A stretch of 64,000 nucleotides of DNA, from contig CBFFRQ010000039.1 in NCBI GenBank assembly GCA_965644315.1, positions 124,001 to 188,000 of the forward strand, given 5' to 3'. Below, piece after piece: positions 11,601 through 22,657 of the stretch; the stretch's first letter is position 1; every line of letters begins with the position of its first letter. The DNA is from Caecitellus pseudoparvulus. Its lineage: Eukaryota; Protista; Bigyra: Bicosoecida. The notes under the pieces are model-generated. The model was given only the letters and a program-made list of their open reading frames with translations, was not told where the DNA came from and ran no database searches. The position numbers were made by a program, and so were the translations under genes.

Positions 11601-13432
11601 CGCCGCTCAGCAGCCGTGGCCTGGCGCAGGGTGGCCAGGGCTTCTCGCAGCTGGATGTTCTGCGCACGCAGCACGTCCCCGCCGCCGTCCCCGCTAGCGC
11701 TGGCCTCGGCGCGAAGCTGAGTCAGCTCCAGCTGGGCTGCCGCCAGCGCTTCCGCCGCCTTCGCCGCCCCCGCTTCCGCTTCCAGGGCCATTTCCTGCGC
11801 GATGTCGCGCTCCAGCACCGCCTCCTCCTTGTCCAAGTTGGCGTTCTCCAGGGCAGCCTGCAGGCGTGCCACCTCCTCCTCAGCCTCCGCCGCCCGACGA
11901 GTAAGTTTGCGAGCTGTGGTGGCGGCAGCCAGCTCCACCTCCCGCACCGCCTTGGCAGGCGTCAGCAGCGCCGCATCCGACGCCTCCTGGTGTGCCTCAT
12001 CCAACTCTGCATCCGCCTCAGCCACTGCTGTCGCGGACTCAGCCAGGCGCTGCCGCAGCTCAGCGATTGTGGCGTTGGCTGACCTCTCAGCTTCTGCCGC
12101 TGCCTGCGCTGCACGCTCCGCCTCTGCCTTCCACACACTGCGCTGCGCTGCCAGTTCCTCCTTCGCAGCCTGGCAGGCAGCCCTCGCCTCCTCTGCCTCT
12201 GCTTTGGCTCGAGCACTTTCGGCTTCGTGGCGCTGCACACTGGCCTGCAGCGCAGCGACTTTTTCCTGCGAAGCTGACAGCTCTGCAGCCGCTTCTTCCC
12301 GAACACGCTCCACAGCGCTGGCCACATCCTCGCCTTCATCGTCACTCCCGCTGCCACTGTCACTGTCACTGTCGCTACTCGTGGTACTGCTCGCGTCAGT
12401 GGCAGCTGCGGGTTGCGCCCGCTCCGCCTCCATCGCAGCCTCTGTCGCGGCAGCCAGCTGGGCGGTGACTTGCTCCAGCTGCGCTTGCAGCTCGCCCGAC
12501 TGCGCCGCCGCCTGATCGCGAGCAGCCTGGACCTCCCGCACAGCATCTTGTGCAGCTTGCAGCTGTGCTTCCAGTTCCCCTCTCTCTGCCGCCGCCTGGC
12601 GTTTGTACTGCTGCAAAGCCGACTGTGCTGCTGCCAGCTCAGCGCCCTGCTCTGCGAGAGTGGTGCGCAGCTTGACCACCTGAGCAGCTGTGCGCTTGAC
12701 AGCCGAAGTAGGCACCTCCTTCGTCGGAGTTTCGCGGGCAGCGCCTTCCTCGTCGCCGCCAGGGCTGCTGCTGCGCAGGGTACGCCTGGCGGTGGACTGC
12801 CCGGTCCGGCTCTTGCGGGGGATGGCGCTGCCTTGCGCCGACGCAGGTGTGCGTGCAGACTGTGGTGTGGCAGGCTTGGCCTTGGCGGGCACCAGGCCCT
12901 TCTTCTCGATGCGCTTGTTCGCGGCCGCTTTGCGAGCGCGCAGCTCTTCCAGGCGGCTGGCAGGCTTGCTTGGCGGAGAGGGCTCGCTGGACGCCGCCGC
13001 AGGCGAGGACGCCTCGGCGGCAGCAGCCTTGCTCACAAGGACGAGCTGTGGTCCTTTCACAAAAAGGCCATGTGCCTCTTTCGTTTCAAAGTACTGCGGG
13101 GGCAGCACGGCGAGGGCAAGTGGCAGGCGCACTGCGAAACGCCAGTCAGCGTAACGCCAGGGCACCACCACACACCCTCTTCCCTTGGACACAGCCATCG
13201 TTCTTCCCATCAGGCGTGTCCAACTCAATGCCATACCAGATTCCCGAGGAGAACTGCAGGGGGCAGCGAGCGGCCTTGCTCAGTGCAGCGTCGTTGGTTG
13301 CCCGGCAATGCAGAAACATACCTCTGTCTCGCCAGCGAAGCGCACCACTCCCTCTCGCCCCGCACTGGAGACGCGGTCTCCCACGTCAAAGGTCTCCTTC
13401 GCCAGGCGCTTCGATCGCCGGGTCGCCGCCAT
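8681..13432 (-). CDS. DCTN1: Dynactin subunit 1 (p150Glued)-like: N-terminal CAP-Gly domain plus long coiled coils, 3 exons
   Basis: Exons 13432-13322, 13253-13176 and 13093-8681. Introns 13254-13321 (68 nt) and 13094-13175 (82 nt) rebuild a CAP-Gly domain: VGDRV..[44 protein letters not shown]. A basic S/T-rich linker follows, then coiled coil with the p150-like segment AYESMVEALSDKNLALGERL. Confidence 0.85.
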
Positions 13433-13692
13433 GGCGTGGTGGTGGGATACCGCCCACACCGTCAGCGAAGCAGAGAGGTGACGCGGCGTTTGGAGCTGCT
13501 TTGGCGACGCGCTGGGCCAGTGTGGGAAACTTGGGAGCTGGCTGTGTTCAGCTACCACCTTGGGTCGCCACCGGTACGCCTGCGTGGCCGGAGCAACGCG
13601 CTCGCGCTAGAAGCTCTGGCTTTCCGTTTTTACTCCGCCGAGAAGGCTGCTCTTGGCCTCCCGCTGCTGCGTTTGAGCCGGCCCACCGTCCC

Positions 13693-14766
13693 ATGCCACG
13701 AACAACACAGAGTCCAAGACACACACCACGACCCAGACAGGCCAAGGCCCGTGTGCGGCGGCGGCAGGCCGGGCTTGTGCACGTTCAGCCAGGGACGGGG
13801 GGTGCGCACAGGTGGCGAAAGTGAAGTGCAAGGGCTTCACTTGCCATACATGCCTCACAACCCACCAACCCACACAGGCACTCGCAGCTGCCACAACCCG
13901 CCCAGTCGCGCAAACCGACACGCACACCCTCCACCTCACCCACCCATCCCATCATGCAGCGCCCAGGAAGTGAGGTGGCTGCAGGGCGGCGTCTGCGCGC
14001 ATCGCCCGACATCACACCGTGGCCGGCGGCACACACCTCCTCCGCGCCGGTTCGCACGTGCCAAGACGAGCAGCCGGACGGCGAAGAGCATGCTTGCGCC
14101 ACGCCCTCCCTCGCCTTGAGCGCACCCTTCCCAGTGCAGCCTCTGGAGCTGCCCTCAGTGGCGGGCCGGGGGGGTCTCTGGCACGGCGAGGCCCTGCCGC
14201 GGGAGCCCCACATCAGTCCCCGCACCATCCCCACCACGGCGCACCCTCCAGGCTCGGAGGGCAGCGCCTCACAGCACAGCAGCCCTCTCGCAGGGAGCAG
14301 TCCATGCATTTTCCTGCCACCTGTCCAGGCTCGAGGCTCGGCTCCCGGCGGCCTCGAGCAAGGCAACGCCCAGCATGGGCTGCAACGCTGTGGCAACCTT
14401 CCCCGGGCCGCTCTCCCCTTCCCCTCGGCACACTCACACACAGCGCTGCCGCCCCCCGACGCCGCAACCAGGCAGTCCTCCAGGTGCAGCAGCTACGATT
14501 TGACGCCCCGACGCACGCTGTGTCTGCCGGTACAGGGTGGGGATGGCAGCAGCTGGCCGGAGGGTGGCGAGCGAGCCGCAGCGGCAGCAGCCGCACTTCA
14601 CCAGACGGCTGCCTTGCCGTGGCTGTCGGTGGGCTGCTTCACGACGCCAGGAGCCACAGAGCCCATCACACTGCAAGGCACAAGCTCTCTCAGGGTGCAG
14701 GTGGTGCAGGGTGCCGCGGCGGCCTCGTGCCCCCCTCCCGCGGGCCCTTCGCCAGGCATGGCGTGA
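13693..14766 (+). CDS. Probable hypothetical protein, exon structure unresolved
   Basis: ATG at 13693 and a 270-aa ORF (13954-14766) preceded by a C-rich acceptor-like tract ending CAG at 13959. I could not build one consistent spliced frame from the ATG. Confidence 0.3.
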
Positions 14767-15213
14767 CGCACGCTCTGCCCTGCCACAGCCAGTGAACCAG
14801 CCATCCTCCCAGGCCCCACGAGGTGTCGTGCTCAGCAGGACGTATAGCAGGGGCCGTCTCAGCAGGCGCTGTACGTGGAGCCCGCGCTGCACGCTGGCAT
14901 GGCAGTGCGGCTGACTCCGGTGTGAGTTCCATGCGTGTGGTGGCGTTTCGCGCAGTGTCTGCGGCTGGGTAGGTTGCACGGTGCAAACTTCAGCCAGGCG
15001 GCCATGGCGTGCCCTGCCCAGCCGACCACGCCCATGCACCTGGTGGCCACGGAAAAGCGCAAATTCGCCGTTGTCGCCCTGTTTTGTTGTTGGGGGGTGG
15101 CCCCTGCAGGTGCACTGCGAGGCCAGTGCCGCTGCGATTGCACCGAGGCTGGCTGATGCAGTGACCACTGAACTGGGGACGTTAGGGGTCGGTGGCAACT
15201 GCAGCATCATGCG

Positions 15214-16522
15214 TCAGTGTGCCTTGGAAGCAGCTGCTTGGGCCAGCATGGCCACCTTGTCCAGGGGCAGGTTTGCCCCGCAGCAAACCACAGCAGCGTT
15301 GCAGCCAGCAAAGTCCGCAGCGCGAGCACGGAATGCTGCCAGCGCGACGCCAGCTGAGCCCTCGATAATCTTGTGCTGCTCAGCCATGAAATCCTGCATG
15401 GCCTCTGCGATGGCTGCCTCTGACACTAGCACCCACTCATCCACACCCTCGGCACAGGCAGCAAAGGTGAGCGAACCAGCTTCGATGCCGCCAGCAGTGC
15501 CGTCCGACCAGGTGGCACCGTTGGCAAACTCGCCCTCCCCCAGCACACGACCTGCTTGCAGGCTAGCGTGCATGCAGGCATTGGAGGCCGGCTGGCAGCC
15601 GACGACCTTGACGTGGGGCGCGACAGCCTTCAAGTGGCTCGCGATTCCCGCAATCATGCCGCCGCCGCCCACAGGGACGAAGACGGCATGCAGGTCCTGC
15701 ACCTGCTGCAGCAACTCCACAGCAATGGTGCCCTGGCCGGCAGCCACCTCCAAGTCGTTGTAGGGGGAGATGAACTCGCCGCCTGCAGCTGCTGCAGCCT
15801 CCCTCGCTGCAACTTCCGCACGCTCACAGTCGTCAGCTTCCACCAGGCACAGCCGGGCGCCCTGGGCCCGCAGCGCCGACACCTTGGCGGCACTCGCATT
15901 GCTCGGCAAGTAGATGCAGAAATCCGCGCCGGGCGCCAGGGTCTTCAACGCGTATGTCACGGCCAAGGCGTGGTTGCCAGTGGACGCTGTGGTCACAAGC
16001 GGCAGCCTGGCAGAGCGAGCGCTCAGCTGGAGGACCTTGTTCACTGCACCCCGCGCCTTGAAGCTGCCAGTCACCTGTGCGCAGCGGAAACCTGGTTGTG
16101 AGCTGCTTAGCTGCGGCCTGGCTGAGCGGCAGCCCCGACTCCGCCCAGCGCTTATGTGCCGCTGCCGTGCACAAATGCAAGCCAGCGAAGGCGGTCCACG
16201 CCGTGGCGCGTGCGAAAGGCACACGCACCTGCTCGCTTTCCAGCTTCAAAAACACCTTCGCTGGGCGGCCACTGGAATCAGCGCCTGCCAGCGTGGACAG
16301 GGCAGGCGACAGCACCACAGGCGTGCGCAGGACGTGGCTCGGAACGACGACAGCGGCGTCCTGCACTGCCTCTGCGATGCGCTGCAGCACCGTGGGCGCT
16401 GGCGGAGTAGAGGCCTGACGTTTGGCCAACCGCGTGCGCAGGCCGTGTACCATGGCAGCGGATGCCGCAAATGCAGCTGCCAACACCGGCCACATGGGTT
16501 CTGGGCTGGCAGAGGTGGACAT
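15214..16522 (-). CDS. PLP-dependent threonine/serine dehydratase or serine racemase family (fold type II, no ACT domain), 2 exons
   Basis: Intron 16075-16228 (GTGCGT..CAG, 154 nt) joins KVFLKLESEQ to VTGSFKARGA, which holds the PLP lysine. Also ASTGNHA, FISPYND..AGQGT, VPVGGGGM and IEGSAGVALAA. Confidence 0.92.
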
Positions 16523-16687
16523 TTCGGACGGCGGAGTTTGGGGAAGCGATTTCCGCACACACTGCCACTCACGCTGGCGAGCTGCATGCACGCCACACAG
16601 TACGGACAAGGGGACAAGCGCAAGTTTTGGATTGTGATCTGGTGTCTGACACGGCCTTGGAGCGCAGCTCAGGACCCTTCGGGGCGC

Positions 16688-18295
16688 TCAGCCTGACGCC
16701 GGCACGCCGGAGGCACACCAAGCCTGAGAGTAAATGCAGTCCCAGCCGTTGCAAGGACTGGCCACCGTCCAGCCTTCGTGTTCCGGCAGCTCCGCCCGCG
16801 TGACACCATCAGGCATGGTTGCACCGACCCCTGGCGCGCCACCTGCCGCGTGCACGTGGCAAGCCATGGCTTCGGCGCTGCGTGCTGCGTTTCCACCGGC
16901 ACTGGCCAAGGGCGCCGCCAGGTCACGCCGCACCACCTGCACCAGATCGTCTGTGACGCGGTACATGAGAGGCGCCAGCTGGCCCATGTTCAAGCCCATG
17001 TCTGGCCCAGGGTTCCACTCCAGCAGCACCGGCGAGCCGTTCTCCCGAAGCAGGAAATCCACGCCAAACAGCTCAAAAGAGCCTGGCAGCGGAGCCAGCG
17101 CACCGAACGCGCCCTTGTACGAATGCAGCATGTGGGCGAGGCACGTGCGCAGTCCACGCCACACGTGTGCCAAGCCGCCGTCACAGGGCAGGTGAGTGTT
17201 GCTCATGAGGTGCAAGTGGTCAGCCTCCACATATGCCCCGTGCTGCTGCGCCAAGTACGTGTTGGTGATGTGGCCCCAGTGACTCTCCCCGCCAGACTGG
17301 CCAGCGACAGTGCCGTACTGCGCCACAGCTGCCAGTGCCTGCCCCTCTCTGTACATGTACGCGTTCAGCGCCGACGTCAGCAGCACATACACACGGAGGT
17401 GGAATTTGCACCCACTCAACAGCATGGGGCGTGCAATGTACTCTTGCAAGACCCACTCGGATATATCAGAGTGTTCTGAGACCACTTCCTGCACCACTTC
17501 CATGCTGTCCAGCACCGTCACCTCAGCGCCCTTGTTGGCGATGCTCGGCTTCAGGATCCACAGGGGCGCGGCCGCGCCGCCGTCCCCTGCTCCAGCCCTT
17601 GCCGCATCCACGGCCGCTTCAGCCTCCCACAGTGCATCGGCCAGAGCAGAGGCTCGGTCCACTCGCAGGCCGCCTGGTGCCAGGCTGGGGTTGAACACCG
17701 CCAGCGTGTTGATGACGACGCTGTCCGGCAGGCACTTGTGCTGGCACAGGTGGCCCTCTGGTGATGACGCCAGGTGTGCCTGCATGTGCCGTGCCAAGTG
17801 CGCCTTGCGAGACAGGCCCTTGCGTGTGAAGAAGTAGTTGCTGCAGCGCAGGGCTGTAGCGCGAGCCTGGGGCGGCAGCTCTGGCGGCGGGGCGGCGGTG
17901 GCCCCTCCCCTGCTCCTCGCCGCAGCCTCCTTCGCCAGGGCCAGCAGCGGGTCCCAGTGCTGCCACTCGTACTCGGTCAGCCACAGCTCAGCAGCGGGAG
18001 GACCGTGCACAGCGTCGTCAGGGTCGCCGTCGGGCGCTGCCGGTGCCACACAGGGCCACATGTCGCGCCGAGAGCAAGCGCCTTCCCCTTCGCGTGGCTG
18101 CACTGCAGCGAGGAACGAGCCAGGGCGACGCAAGACGGCGGCAGCGTACAGCCTGTGCATGCTGGGGCACTCCATGTCTACAAAGACGAGGGGCTGGCTC
18201 CCGTTGTATGCATAGTAGCCCATGCGAGTGAGCCCTTCATCTGCCAACACCAGGGATGCAGTGTGGTGGGGCGAACCAATTTCCGCAGCCTGCAT
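16688..18295 (-). CDS. Tubulin-tyrosine-ligase (TTL) family ATP-grasp protein, TTL/Pby1-like
   Basis: WILKPSIANKG, VLQEYIARPMLL, KFHLRVYVL, HITN and FELFGVDFLL..PVLLEWNPGP are canonical TTL motifs. The start is uncertain (18295 or 18223). Confidence 0.88.
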   Translation of the reverse strand: MQAAEIGSPHHTASLVLADEGLTRMGYYAYNGSQPLVFVDMECPSMHRLYAAAVLRRPGSFLAAVQPREGEGACSRRDMWPCVAPAAPDGDPDDAVHGPPAAELWLTEYEWQHWDPLLALAKEAAARSRGGATAAPPPELPPQARATALRCSNYFFTRKGLSRKAHLARHMQAHLASSPEGHLCQHKCLPDSVVINTLAVFNPSLAPGGLRVDRASALADALWEAEAAVDAARAGAGDGGAAAPLWILKPSIANKGAEVTVLDSMEVVQEVVSEHSDISEWVLQEYIARPMLLSGCKFHLRVYVLLTSALNAYMYREGQALAAVAQYGTVAGQSGGESHWGHITNTYLAQQHGAYVEADHLHLMSNTHLPCDGGLAHVWRGLRTCLAHMLHSYKGAFGALAPLPGSFELFGVDFLLRENGSPVLLEWNPGPDMGLNMGQLAPLMYRVTDDLVQVVRRDLAAPLASAGGNAARSAEAMACHVHAAGGAPGVGATMPDGVTRAELPEHEGWTVASPCNGWDCIYSQAWCASGVPASG

Positions 18296-18817
18296 CTTCC
18301 CCTTCGATTCGGGAAGCCCAGAACAGCGACGGCCCAAGCGCCGGCGTGGGGCGCACGCAGTGGCGAACAGTTGGGACCACTTGCCATGGGCGCATTCCTC
18401 GGAAATGGCACGTTTGTCACGTCGTTTTTGAGCCAACACGGCACGTGTGCCCAGTTCCCCGCGGCTCTGGCCGGGCCAGGCACGGCAGCGGCGGAGCACG
18501 CCAGACTGCGTCTGCTGCACCTGGCCTGGAAAGGTCTATATGGTCCTTCGATTTCCCAACGCTACTTTGCAAGCCTTCTCGGGTCGGGGTCGCTCCGGCG
18601 TTGCTCTGCGCACCTCCCACACATCCTGCGATCTACCATGCTGGCACGTTGACGGGCCGCGCTCACTGCGCCAGAAGTTACAAAATCTAAAACATCCGCA
18701 TTCTGCACAGGTGATAGACTACATAGATCCAGCTTCTCCTAATCAGATACCAGCCGGAGAAGTGCTGCCTTGGCGCTTTGCGTGCTTGCGAGGTGCAGTT
18801 TCCGCAGCACGCGAGGC

Positions 18818-21138
18818 ATGCCTGACCGCCCCACAGACGCCTCTAGCGGCAGCGCCCCCGTGGACAGCAGATCAGGAGACGCACACATCGAGATGGAGAA
18901 TCCAATGGGTCATAGGGGTGCCGAGGCGTCCCCCTTGCCCCCCATCGCTTCCCCAGGTGGCAAAGCCGGCAGCAAGGAAGGCAAGGCGGCAACCGCTGAC
19001 GAAAGCGCAGCCCGCAGCAAGGAAATGACGGCTGTCATGAACCACTTTGGCACGACGACGACTTGCCATGGCATTGGTCATGCATTTGCAGATGAGAGCG
19101 TGCCGGGTGCGTGGTCGAGCCGCCATGCAGGCTGGCAGGCGTGTTGAGTGCCTGCACACGAGCAAGATCGTGCCATGGAGCGGCGAAACCAGCTGCGCTG
19201 CAAGCCTCGCTGACGTCGCCGCACTCGCACCCCCGCCCCTTGCAGTTGTGGGTAAGAACCCACTCAGCCGTCGGGTGTGCTGGGCCCTTGTGTGGTGCGG
19301 TGCTTTGATCTACCTGCTGGTGTTCATTTTCGGCACAGCAATGCCTGCATTGAACGGCACAGCGACGTTGACAACCTATGACTCCAAGTTCGAGTCCGCC
19401 GTCACGCCACCCAGCATGACCTTCTGCAACACCAACCCCTTCCCAGCATCCAAGTTCACGTTCGAGCGCCTGGCTGACGTGTCGTATGAGCAACGCACAG
19501 CGTACAACTTGCGGCAGAACCTCACAAACCCCTTCGACGAAGACGAGCCTCTGTGTGAGCTGGGGGATGCCTTGGGGCCCGAGCTGCAAGGGGAGGACTG
19601 CACTCGCGCCGGCTTCTGGGTGGACTACATGGACGCCTCGGCTGGCTGGTGCAGCACCTTCCACTTCAACGCGAACGTGACGGTGCGCCGCCCGGGCGTT
19701 TTCGCCTTCGTCACCATGTTCGAGGACCCCGTTGAAGTGCAGCCGGACGTGGCAGAGGCGGGGGTGACTGTGTCCGTGCACGCGCGGGGTGCAGTGCAGT
19801 CGCTGGACTCCTCTGTGCACATCTCCCCTGGCACACAGCACCAGCTGCGCGTGCAACACACCACCATCGTGGACTACAAGCCCTTCGCCAGCCCCAAGTG
19901 CGCCAAGGACGCAGGGGACTTCCCTTCCTATGCCCCCAACAGAGTGGGTGGTGGCGCACCCTCTCCGACTCAGCCGTACTCCGTTGAGAATTGCCAGACA
20001 CTGTGCGTGCTGGAGAAGGTCCATGCACAGTGCGGCTGCCTGGCGTCGTGGCTTGACGCAAACCCGCTGCAACCCACCTTGGGCAACTTGACCTCCTGCG
20101 AGGCGGAAACGTCAAGCCAAGACTGCGAGGCTGACGCAGAGGCCAGTGCGCAAGTGCAGTGCCTGGCGTCTTGCCCGGCACCCTGTGAGCGGGACGAGTA
20201 CGCCATTAGCACATCCACGGCCGAGACGTTTCACGAGTACGGCGAGGAGATGGTGAGCCTGGCCTTCCTGTCCTGCGCGCTGGACTTTGAGCGCGCACTG
20301 GACCCCTTCATCCGGTACGGCGTGGATGACGACATCGACGGCGTGGATGACCGCCAGTACCGTGTGCTGGATGATTTCCCCTCCCTGAACACCAGCGACC
20401 CGAACCAGCCCACGCCTTCCCCACCTGACTGCGGCGCCAGTGCCGGCAGCCCGGAGGAACTGGTGGGGGATGACGACGACGCGCTGGATCCTGACTGTGC
20501 CTCCATCAGCATGGACACGTTGGCACAGTACCTGGTGTGGATGCAGCGGCGCCGGGCTACGCTGGACCTGGATGATGTGCACCTCGACACGCTGGCCCAG
20601 GAGTACCAGTTGCAGTGGCTGCTAAACCTGTGGGACGAGCTGCGCTTTGACCTGGACATCTTGACGTTCAAAGGTACCTTGCGAGAGAACACACCCTCCA
20701 CCTTGGGTGGCCTGTACAGCGCCGCGTGCGGCTCCCGCACCACCAGTGGCGCCGACCTGCAGCGGCCCTACAAGCGTTTCATCTCCCGTGCCGTAGACCG
20801 CGCAGCAGGCGTTCGCATGGAGGTTTCCGTGGGATTCGAGACACTTGTGCACACTGTCATCGAAAAGAAGGCTGCCTACACCATCAACAACTTCCTCTCT
20901 GACATCGGTGGTGAGTGGGCCTGCTCGAACCGTCGACGCATCCGCAGCCGCTGCGAAAACTTGCCGCCCTCCTCCCCTTCCCCCATTCACAGGTCAGGCA
21001 GGCCTCTTCTGCGGCATCAGCGTCTTGACGTTCCTGGAATTTGCTGAGTTGATTGTGTTGCTCAGCACTGCCATTTGGTTTGGAGCCATGTGTGGTCGGA
21101 AGAGCTCGAAGCGGGTCAAGGACAGCTCACCCGCCTGA
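18818..21138 (+). CDS. DEG/ENaC (ASIC/degenerin) family amiloride-sensitive channel subunit, 3 exons
   Basis: Exons 18818-19106, 19246-20910 and 20993-21138, with introns 19107-19245 (139 nt) and 20911-20992 (82 nt). Features in order: pre-TM1 HG motif (TTTCHGIG), TM1 (RRVCWALVW...), PPSMTFCNTNP, GWCSTFHFN, a Cys-rich thumb (YSVENCQTLC..QCGC..CLASCPAPC) and TM2 FLSDIGGQAGLFCGISVLTFLEFAE with the GxS filter. Confidence 0.92.
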
Positions 21139-21679
21139 CCCTGACGCACGCCCTATCAACACTGCATAAAGCCCGGGCGATTCCCGCGAAATGCAAAGAG
21201 ATCAACCACTTGCACCACGCGTTCTGCACTTCTATTCGTGAGGATTGCGGCCTGCATGTGCGGGGCGTCTTCTGCAGCTCGAACGAACGACGGTAGCTGC
21301 TCGAAGGGAACCTACCTGGCATGCAGGCTCCGGCTTGCAGAACTCGCAGCACCGCAAGGGTTGACGGATACCAGCAGCGCATTCCCAGCTCTGGGTTCAT
21401 GTACAGGTCAGTCCATGTAGCGGGAGGGCGGCGTGTGTGACGTACGCTCGCCCGAGCAGCCAGCATGGCCGGCATACCGCCGGAGGCCCACCCCTCCTTC
21501 GCTGCCCGCAAACCACCTCACTGCATGCCCACTTCCCGCTCGCCCACTGTTCGTTGCATGGTCTGCAACAAGCAACGCCCCAGCCCTCACGCCCATCAGT
21601 CTCTGACCACGTGCTCGCAGCGTGTCGGCGCGCTCCAAGCGTGCGTGCAGAGCACACACCAACCACGCAGTCAGCCAGA

Positions 21680-22657
21680 ATGCCCTTTGGGTTCAGCCGC
21701 CGGCCGCCAGCCAGCGGCCGCACAACAAACCCAGACGCTCCTCTGGGCTCACAGCAGCCAGGTTACAGGGCAACTCCAGCGGCACAGGCCGCAGGCGGCG
21801 CATGCCGGTCGGCTCCGACTCAGAAGGAGCTGCAATTGAGCCCTGGGCGTAGGAGCAGGAAGCAGTTCAGAAGCCAGCCGGTCCAAATCCGACGCAGGGT
21901 CCCTGAGGTGCTAGTGCACAACTCATGCAGCACCCCCATCATGGTGCAGGGTGGAGCACAAGGACCAGCCGCGCCCCGAAGTGGCTCTCTCGCTCACTGT
22001 GTTGGCGGGGTCGTTCGGCTCCCGCCAGGTGGTGGCTTTGATGTGCACGGCACATCAAATTCGCCAGTCGCCGACAGCGACTTCGTGCTGCTGGGGCTGC
22101 AGGCAAGCCAAGGCCAGCCCCACCTCCCTGACGAGGACGCTTGGGCCTGCATCAGGGCAGGGCTGCGCCCAGGCAAAGCGGCGAACCGCCGGCGCCGAGC
22201 TGGCAGCTCGCCTCTGGCCAGGCACGCAATGGGCCCTGGCTCTTTCGCCGATGCGAGCAGCAGGCATGACCACCAACCTGCTGTGGCCGTCCACGCCGAC
22301 AAGGTGCCGCTGGCAGGGCTACCACGGAGCCCAAGTGAGCCACTGTCAGCCATTCACCTGAGTCGGGACTACTGCTTCGCTGCAGGCAGCTCCCTGGGCA
22401 GCGCGCACTCCAACCAGGTCGGTGGCGCAGCGCACCTTCCCTGCTGGGGAGATGCAGCACCAACCCAAGCCCTGCCCCGCGGCAAAGTATTCGAGGATGT
22501 CGACTTGCCTGCTGCAGTGGGCAGCCCTGTGCGCCTAACCGACGCAGTTCTGCAGCCCGTGCACCTCTCCACGCCTCAGGGCCACCAGGCATCGCCGCTT
22601 TTCCTGCCGGCTTCGCCCAGCGGCAGCTGGTCGCTTGCCTCCCTCGCCGACGACTGA
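21680..22657 (+). CDS. Hypothetical protein (~325 aa)
   Basis: Long ORF with its first in-frame ATG at 21680 (MPFGFSRRP...). Mostly low complexity; no family recognised. Confidence 0.45.
   Translation: MPFGFSRRPPASGRTTNPDAPLGSQQPGYRATPAAQAAGGACRSAPTQKELQLSPGRRSRKQFRSQPVQIRRRVPEVLVHNSCSTPIMVQGGAQGPAAPRSGSLAHCVGGVVRLPPGGGFDVHGTSNSPVADSDFVLLGLQASQGQPHLPDEDAWACIRAGLRPGKAANRRRRAGSSPLARHAMGPGSFADASSRHDHQPAVAVHADKVPLAGLPRSPSEPLSAIHLSRDYCFAAGSSLGSAHSNQVGGAAHLPCWGDAAPTQALPRGKVFEDVDLPAAVGSPVRLTDAVLQPVHLSTPQGHQASPLFLPASPSGSWSLASLADD

Noticed and set aside
12354-12376. (CACTGT)n microsatellite, and the 12-nt repeat at 52715-52750
   Set aside because: These are ordinary coding low-complexity runs (SDSDSD; KPGP x3).
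13693-14000. Histone H3/CENP-A-like basic tail (HRWR..RPG)
   Set aside because: No histone fold follows in any frame or plausible splice.
12413-14119. 568-aa + strand ORF, and similar antisense ORFs (9758-11182, 23718-25037, 51720-52997, 59746-61011)
   Set aside because: They lie antisense to better-supported genes and have no motifs. Such ORFs are expected in high-GC DNA.
21309-21470. ACCTACCTGGC resembling the U1 snRNA 5' end
   Set aside because: It mismatches ACTTACCTG, and no U1-70K loop, U1A loop (ATTGCAC) or Sm site follows.
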